Below, in pieces: positions 32,179-38,550 of a stretch of 38,550 nucleotides of DNA; position 1 is the first letter of the stretch; every line of letters begins with the position of its first letter. The translations under genes and the position numbers were made by a program. Source of the DNA: Octopus bimaculoides (lineage: Eukaryota); NCBI RefSeq assembly GCF_001194135.2, contig NC_068990.1:51541864-51580413 (forward strand). The letters are read 5' to 3'. Under the pieces are notes generated by a model that saw only the letters and a list, made by a program, of their open reading frames with translations, did not search any database and was not told where the DNA came from.

Positions 32179-35100
32179 CCTCTAAAGCCTAAAACAAAAC
32201 AACAATGATCAGCAACAAAAGCAGCCCCAACCCCGGCACCAACGGCATCATCAACAACAGGAACAACAAAATCCATAAATGCTGGTAGATTACCAACACC
32301 AACAACAACGGCAAATCAGCAACAGCAAAAATCCCAGCAACTTCAGCAACAACAGCCACTGCTGCAACACTAGTTACAGAAGCAACACCAGCAACTACAG
32401 CAACATCAACAACACCAACGGCGCCAGCAACGAATGCACCACCATCACTCCCTTCAACAGCTGAAGGAATAAATATGGACACACACAGCACCTAGTGGCT
32501 CTCCCAACGAAGCTCTCCCACACCTCTCTCTCCGTCTACTTCAAGCCCAAATACATTCAATGACTAAGACCCTGATTCCATAAACATGGATTCATTTGCA
32601 GCATGCAGGGAATATGGAGGGTAACCACCAAAACCAAAACCAAAACCAAAACCAAAACTAGAAGGAATCACAAGAAAACGTCATGCTCCACGTCAACACA
32701 CACATCAGAAAACATAGCAAACAAACACACCTACAGAATCACCAACCCCTCCAGCACTGCAATCACAAACAGTTCCACCAACACTCTTATTCTGCGCCAA
32801 ATAAGAGATACGTAGATCTCGGAATAGTCGAAAATGGGGGCTAGGTCGCGTGTGTCGGATATCCTGGTTTCCTTGACGGTTATCACATCCATAGCTAGTG
32901 ACCTGATGTCGTTGCTAGTGACCTGCAACAACCGACCAAAAGAAAGCACTTGCAACAACAACAACCAGCCACACACACACACCAAACTTCGTGCGAGTCA
33001 GGAGAGCCAACAAACAATTGATAGATCTCATACCACGAAGGATGGAGGTCGAGAGAGAGAGAGAGAGAGAGAGAGAGTGTGTGTGTGATCTTTGGTACCA
33101 TCCCCTTTCAAGTGCCAGAAATACTAGTGTTGGTGCGAATGCCAATAGAAACATATAAAAATATTAGAGAGAGCTTCCCTCAAGAAGTGGGTATCCTTAA
33201 TGTAAAATCCACGAGTAGCCTTTTAAGGGGGTTCCCCGAAGAACACCAACAACTGATGGACGTTGAGTCACCTGACCTCCAGCCACAACCGGGGGTAAGT
33301 AGACGCCCTTTTGTGTCTTCTTCAAATTCTGTCCGATCATCATGGTGTGTTTAAGAGTTGGTAATATAAATGTTCGTGGCGCTGGAAGCAGGGTCGCCTG
33401 CTAAACGACATCAGGTCACTAGCTATGGATGTGATAACCGTCAAGGAAACCAGGATATCCGACACACGCGACCTAGCCCCCATTTTCGACTATTCCGAGA
33501 TCTACGTATCTCTTATTTGGCGCAGAATATGTGGCGGGTGGCGGTGCTGTTTAGGAAAGACCTAAATTTCAGGTACTGATGATCTTCCTGGAACTGGAAG
33601 GTAAGTTGGTGGCCCTGTATGTGAGCAATAGCGAAGCTGATGCTTTCAGACTAATCGCTGTGTACGCCCCAACTTGGGCGAGGCAGCCGGATTTCTTCAG
33701 ACGTTTGGGGGTTTTCCTTGGGACGTCTCGCTCTTTAGTTCTAGTAAGCGATTGGAACGCCATCTTGGATGCACGCCTGGATAGGGTGGGGCTAGCCGAT
33801 AGGAGAGATGAGTGCAACTGACTCAGAAAACCGCTCAGTTGCTTCCAATTAGCTAACAGGTTCCGACTGGATTTCCCGAATGTTCCAATATGGCCATGGG
33901 CTAACAGATTCGGGTCTTTTAGATCGTATCTAGATAAATTAATTTATAGGCATGCAGATATAAGTAGCATGCGTTGTCCACAGTGTAAAGTCGTCAACTA
34001 CACAAATCTCAAGTTTGTGATCTGTTCGGTCAACATAGATAGGATCCATAGGCTAGACCCCGGATTTTGGAAGCTGAGCGCGTCCTTCTCGGCTCGACAA
34101 GCTTTCGGGCACCGGATTAGCATGTTAGTCCATCGGATGTTGTCGGGTGCAATCGTCAATAGCCCTGAAAAGGGCAATTAGAGTAGAGGCAGTACGATTC
34201 GGTAAGGAAATAAATTTAGAGAAATGTATGATAGAGAGAAACTAGTTAGGAAGCTAGAAGGAGAGATATAGCGACTGACATGCTGCGGCGAGATTGGCCT
34301 TGATCAATTTCTCAATATCAAGCAGGAAAGTCACGTTTTAGAGATAGGACGCTTGTGCCAAGACACGAGGGAACGAAAGCCGTTCGATGGGCCCGCCGGT
34401 AGAGGTACAACAAAGCCACAATTCACTCTTTAACGGGCCAGGACGGGCGCATGCTATACGAATCCAAGCAGATGTGTGCGAAATTTCAGCGGCATTTTCT
34501 AAACTGTACCCGCGAGAAGTGTGTCAGGGACGGGGATAATTTCACCTCCTACCTCGGGAGCATGCCGTGTCATACGTCCAGGTACGAAATTCTGCGAAAT
34601 GCAGATAACAGTCAAATACATACGGGGAGCGATAACGAGCTGCACAAGTAGGAAGTTGCGGGGGCTAGATGGTCTACAGTTTGAGCTTTATCTTCATATG
34701 CCACACTTGTTCGGTGTTCTCATGGCGGATGCCTACCGCAACTGGCAGCAGAACGGGAGAGTACCCAGTGCTGTGAGCTGTGGCGTGGTAGTAATCCTGA
34801 GAAAAGACAAGAAAATTGGGGGGAGGGAAATAGATATCTCTGTTGAACGCTGATTATAAGATTTTGGCCAAAATATTAGCCAAGAGGTTGGCGCTCGTCG
34901 TCGATAACGCGCAGACGTGTTCTATCCCGAATAGATAATTCCACGACAACCGTCACCTCACGTGCCTACCCTCATAGGCAGAGTAGGGAAGGAATCTGGC
35001 ATGGTGGTGCCTGATCAATTTGAATCAATCAAAAGCTTTTGACAGAGTTGAACATCAATATTTGGCGGCTGTCCTCGCGGCAGCCCATTCGGTCCCTTTT

Positions 35101-36028
35101 TCAGAGGCCGGATTGCTGCAATGTTCAGCGACATCTGTCTGGTAGTCAAAGAAAATGGCCACCGACCGAAATCGTTTGGCATCACCCGTTCGGTCCGTCA
35201 AGGGGGCCACTCCTTACCACTTCTTTATGTGCTGGCTCTCGAGTCATTACTAAGAGAGTTTGATATTTCGAGAGGCATCCTGCGTGAACTAGGATGCAGA
35301 TGATCAAGCTGGAATACTTGCTCTTCCAGTTTCTGTGAAAGGGACATGTTCCGCTCGACAGACGGTAGGTCTACTGTCAAAAGCCGCTAAGTGGCGGACT
35401 GGGCATGCCGTGACTAATGATGCTCAGAAATGCGCTTAGGCTGCGACATCTCCATCGTTTTCTTAACGGTGAGCAGGTGTGGTCGCCGTTTGTCAAACAG
35501 GATTTTCCGCAGCTCGTTTCATTGACGAAGCTACAGTCTTGGATCAAGTGTAGGCCAAGGAAGGACCTGGAACGTCGAAAGCACTCACAGTATTCTGTCA
35601 GTCGAGCAAGGCGGCCGGTGGAAGTTCCACTATAGAATTCTATAGGTAATTAGAGACGGGAAAGGGCGATGACATCTTCGGGGAAACTCTGGGCCTCGGG
35701 AGGGATCATTTAGCTGGTCTTTACCGAAGGACTTTGGGGGCAAGGACCTATGGATGACTTCCAGAAATCCCTGGCCTGGCAGAGCTACCGGGGAGCTCTG
35801 CCTGTTCAAAACAAGCTCTACAGACACCGAAGTGTTGTCAGACGGACTTGTCCGAGATGTGCGCAGAACGACGAAATCGTGTCCTGGCATTACTGACTTG
35901 TGAAGCTGTGTCGAATAGTTGTTGACGCGTGTAGTACGGATCCGGTTATCTTCCGAGTCCGTCGTGATGATCGCCACGCCGCTTTCTTTTGGCCGGGAAG
36001 GAAAGGCAGTTTTCCGTTGTCTCGCGGA
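32179..36028 (+). mobile_element. Tx1-clade LINE copy 3 (ORF1 tail, ORF2 from ATG 33342), heavily decayed with internal deletions
   Basis: MVCLRVGNINVRG, VKETR, AVYAPT, DWNAILD, YLDK, PGFWKL, GLDGLQFELY, AFDRVEHQYL, SVRQG, and C-terminal TCPRC. 35890-36028 aligns with copy 2 at about 12790-12930. Confidence 0.87.
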
Positions 36029-36708
36029 ATATTTTGTAGGCTTGTAGACAGAAGTAGCATAAGTTGTTCACAATTCAAAGACATTGGCTACACAGACCAA
36101 AACCGTGTGATCTGTACAGTCGACGTAGATAGAATCCATAGGCAAGATCCCAGGTACTGGAAGCTAAACGAGTCTTTTCCAGGGTGCAAGACCTACGGAG
36201 ACCGGTTTAGGGAATTAGTTAAGCGGGCGTTGAATTGGTTAAACACCTTCTCAAACAGATCCATCCTCGACAACTTCTACTTCACGCAATTCAACATATA
36301 AAGGGCGAATAAGGAACCTTGGACGGATAGGGCCTCAATCAACTTAGATCAATAGAAAGCTTTCGACAGGGTCAACCATCTTTACTTGGGAGCCATTTTA
36401 GGGTCCGTTTTCAGGGGCTGGGTTGCTGCAATGTACAGCGGTTAGAGTGAATAGTTACCTTTCGGAACCGTTCAGCATCATACCTTCGGTGCACCAAGGA
36501 TGTCCCTTCTCGTTTCTTGAGCCATTAATAAACAAATTAGAGGCATCATGGGGCGTCCCGTGCGAACTAGGATGTGAAAGACTCGTGTCAACATATGCCG
36601 AAGCTGCAGTCCTGATTAAAGCGAAGACCGAGAGGAAGCGCTTGGAGACTAGAATGCTTTCAAGCGGCGCTCAAAGCCCTCAGCCAATCGGACATTACGA
36701 TCGCTGGG
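36029..36708 (+). mobile_element. Tx1-clade fragment 4 with several large internal deletions
   Basis: End of APE (GYTDQNRVICTV...YWKLN) jumps to INLDQ*KAFDRVNHLYL, then SVHQGCP, ...VSTYA, then a C-terminal piece. Confidence 0.78.
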
Positions 36709-36824
36709 AATTCCATCTTGCCTTTCGATTGAATAAGTACCAGATACGCACTGCACTGGGGTCGATGTAATCGACTTAATTCCTTTCCCCAAATTGGAGG
36801 CCTTGTGCTTCCAGTAGAAAGGAT
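36709..36824 (+). mobile_element. SINE family B 3' part
   Basis: TTGCCTTTCGAT...AAGTACCAG...CACTGGGGTCGATGTAATCGACTT...GCCTTGTGC...GTAGAAAGGAT overlaps the body of 32018-32178 and ends in (CTT)n. Confidence 0.75.
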
Positions 36825-36902
36825 TCTTCTTCTTCTTCTTCTTCTTCTTTTTCTTCTTCTTCTTCTTCTTCTTCTTCTTCTTCTTCTTCTTCTTCTTCTT
36901 CT
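36824..36902. repeat. (CTT)n microsatellite before a 228-N gap (36903-37130)
   Basis: Direct reading. Confidence 0.95.
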
Positions 36903-37130
36903 NNNNNNNNNNNNNNNNNNNNNNNNNNNNNNNNNNNNNNNNNNNNNNNNNNNNNNNNNNNNNNNNNNNNNNNNNNNNNNNNNNNNNNNNNNNNNNNNNN
37001 NNNNNNNNNNNNNNNNNNNNNNNNNNNNNNNNNNNNNNNNNNNNNNNNNNNNNNNNNNNNNNNNNNNNNNNNNNNNNNNNNNNNNNNNNNNNNNNNNNNN
37101 NNNNNNNNNNNNNNNNNNNNNNNNNNNNNA

Positions 37131-37503
37131 ATATTTCGACATCTCGTGTGTCTTCAACAGGTTCAAAATAAAATAAATGTCAGTCTAATTCATTTTTAGT
37201 TTATAGAGAGGACTGGAAACTCAGCAGAAATGTAATAGATAGATAGATGAGTTCTTAACTTTTGTATTCGATTGCCAAATTCCATCACTAAGGTAAACAT
37301 AGCTGACGTAATCCATCACTACGGCTGTCAGCTATGTTTACCTTAGTGATGGAATTTGGCAATCGAATACAAAAGTTAAGAACTCATCTATCTATCTATT
37401 ACATTTCTGCTGAGTTTCCAGTCCTCTCTATAAACTAAAAATGAATTAGACTGACATTTATTTTATTTTGAACCTGTTGAAGACACACGAGATGTCGAAA
37501 TAT
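37131..37503. repeat. Perfect inverted repeat with 177-bp arms (37131-37307 and 37327-37503) and a 19-nt spacer
   Basis: Arms are reverse complements by manual comparison; spacer GTAATCCATCACTACGGCT. Confidence 0.92.
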
Positions 37504-37650
37504 TGTTCAAAGGACCAATAAATAAGTTACTTTCGAGTTTCGCTTTTTGTCATTGAGCTGGCCGTAGTGATGGATTACGTCAGCTATGTTTACCTTAGTG
37601 ATGGAATTTGGCAATCGTATACAAAAGTTAAGAACTCATCTATCTATCTA
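37327..37650 (+). mobile_element. PLE pseudo-LTR remnant (direct repeat of about 75 bp at both ends, hammerhead, AATAAA)
   Basis: 37327-37398 recurs at 37579-37650 with 1 mismatch. A hammerhead at 37467-37511 is followed by AATAAA at 37517-37522. Ends fall in (TCTA)n/(ATT)n. No RT or endonuclease coding sequence is left, so the PLE call rests on architecture. Confidence 0.65.
37467..37511 (+). ncRNA. Minimal type-I hammerhead ribozyme motif with a variant core
   Basis: TTTGAAC-CTGTTGA-A-GACA-CACGAGA-TGTC-GAAA-TA-TT-GTTCAAA: perfect 7-bp stem I, 4-bp stem II, palindromic stem III AATATT. The core is CUGUUGA rather than CUGANGA (A6>U). Confidence 0.8.
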
Positions 37651-37669
37651 TCTATTATTATTATTGTTG

Positions 37670-37733
<64 letters not shown>

Positions 37734-37777
37734 TAGTATTATTATTATTATTATCATTATCATTATTATTATCCTTA

Positions 37778-37831
<54 letters not shown>
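37651..37831. repeat. (TCTA)n into long (ATT)n microsatellite
   Basis: Direct reading. Confidence 0.95.
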
Positions 37832-37832
<1 letters not shown>

Positions 37833-38255
37833 GTGAGAGAGCAGTGCATGACCTTGCAGGTGGGGCCCAGTTAGAATTTTCTTCAGGTCGAGTAGCCCAT
37901 TCTGCTCAAAAAGCCCCTGAATTAAGCGTGTTGAACGATGTTGTTTAAGGATGTTGAACACCCATGCTGCCAAAGTTAAATTATCCAAACACCAAAGAGT
38001 TTCTCTCAACACATAGCTATGATGCTCCCCCACTACTTCTGCTCGTGATCAGAGATGCACATATCGTCAGCCACTAAGGGATAGGCTCCAATGGTTTAAG
38101 GTCAAACAACTGACAAGCAAATTTGTGGTATTGAACATAATTTTGCTGTAGCCCATCTTTTATACCAAGACAAAGCAATGTACATGATAACGCTTCTAAT
38201 CAGTTAAGATGAAAAGCCATGAGAGCAACTACATGGCACTGCATCAGGGCAATTT
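37832..38255. repeat. Non-coding interspersed repeat of about 420 bp embedded in (ATT)n
   Basis: Higher-GC block with sharp edges and (ATT)n on both sides. I recall it as a common octopus interspersed repeat but cannot assign a class; no coding motifs seen. Confidence 0.55.
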
Positions 38256-38256
38256 A

Positions 38257-38297
38257 CTATTATTGTTGTTGTTGTTGTTGTTGTTGTTCTTCTTCTT

Positions 38298-38328
<31 letters not shown>

Positions 38329-38330
38329 TT

Positions 38331-38420
<90 letters not shown>

Positions 38421-38425
38421 GTTCA
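38257..38425. repeat. Compound (ATT)n/(GTT)n/(CTT)n/(ATT)n microsatellite
   Basis: Direct reading. Confidence 0.95.
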
Positions 38426-38550
38426 GTAGTTTTATTTTTATAACGTGCTTTCACTTCACTACCGAGCGCAGCTCTGTGCGCCTTGGGTATGTGCTGTGGT
38501 TTGCTGTGGTGCTCTTATGGTTACTGTATTGAAAGTGTTTTGCGTAGGAT

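Noticed and set aside
32625-32657. (AAAACC)n run resembling a telomeric repeat
   Set aside because: About five units inside low-complexity Tx1 ORF1 sequence and not TTAGGG; local slippage.

Overview
Eukaryotic, AT-rich draft-assembly window with many microsatellites and N gaps. It is probably Octopus or another coleoid cephalopod; this is inferred from recognising the SINE families and repeat make-up, not shown directly. No host protein-coding gene, rRNA, functional tRNA or CRISPR array could be supported. The window consists mostly of nested, decayed mobile elements: four Tx1-clade LINE copies or fragments, four Dong/R4-type RLE LINE fragments next to microsatellites, three Penelope-like element (PLE) remnants, one Ty3/Gypsy remnant with PPT and probable 3' LTR, a Helitron 3' end, piggyBac and Tigger fragments, a 1.2 kb pogo-like element with intact TIRs and a PHD finger, and two tRNA-derived SINE families. 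Most ORFs in the supplied track are microsatellite, gap or antisense artefacts. The most interesting signals are structural: (1) a PLE 3' UTR where a 74-nt tRNA-like module lies between the GIY-YIG stop codon and a minimal hammerhead ribozyme; (2) a second minimal hammerhead inside a 177-bp-arm perfect palindrome with tandem plus inverted pLTR architecture, whose inverted arm stops within 1 nt of the predicted cleavage site, though at a gap edge; (3) a perfect 126-bp inverted templated insertion inside a decayed Tx1 element; (4) an in-frame HTH-PHD fusion in the pogo derivative.
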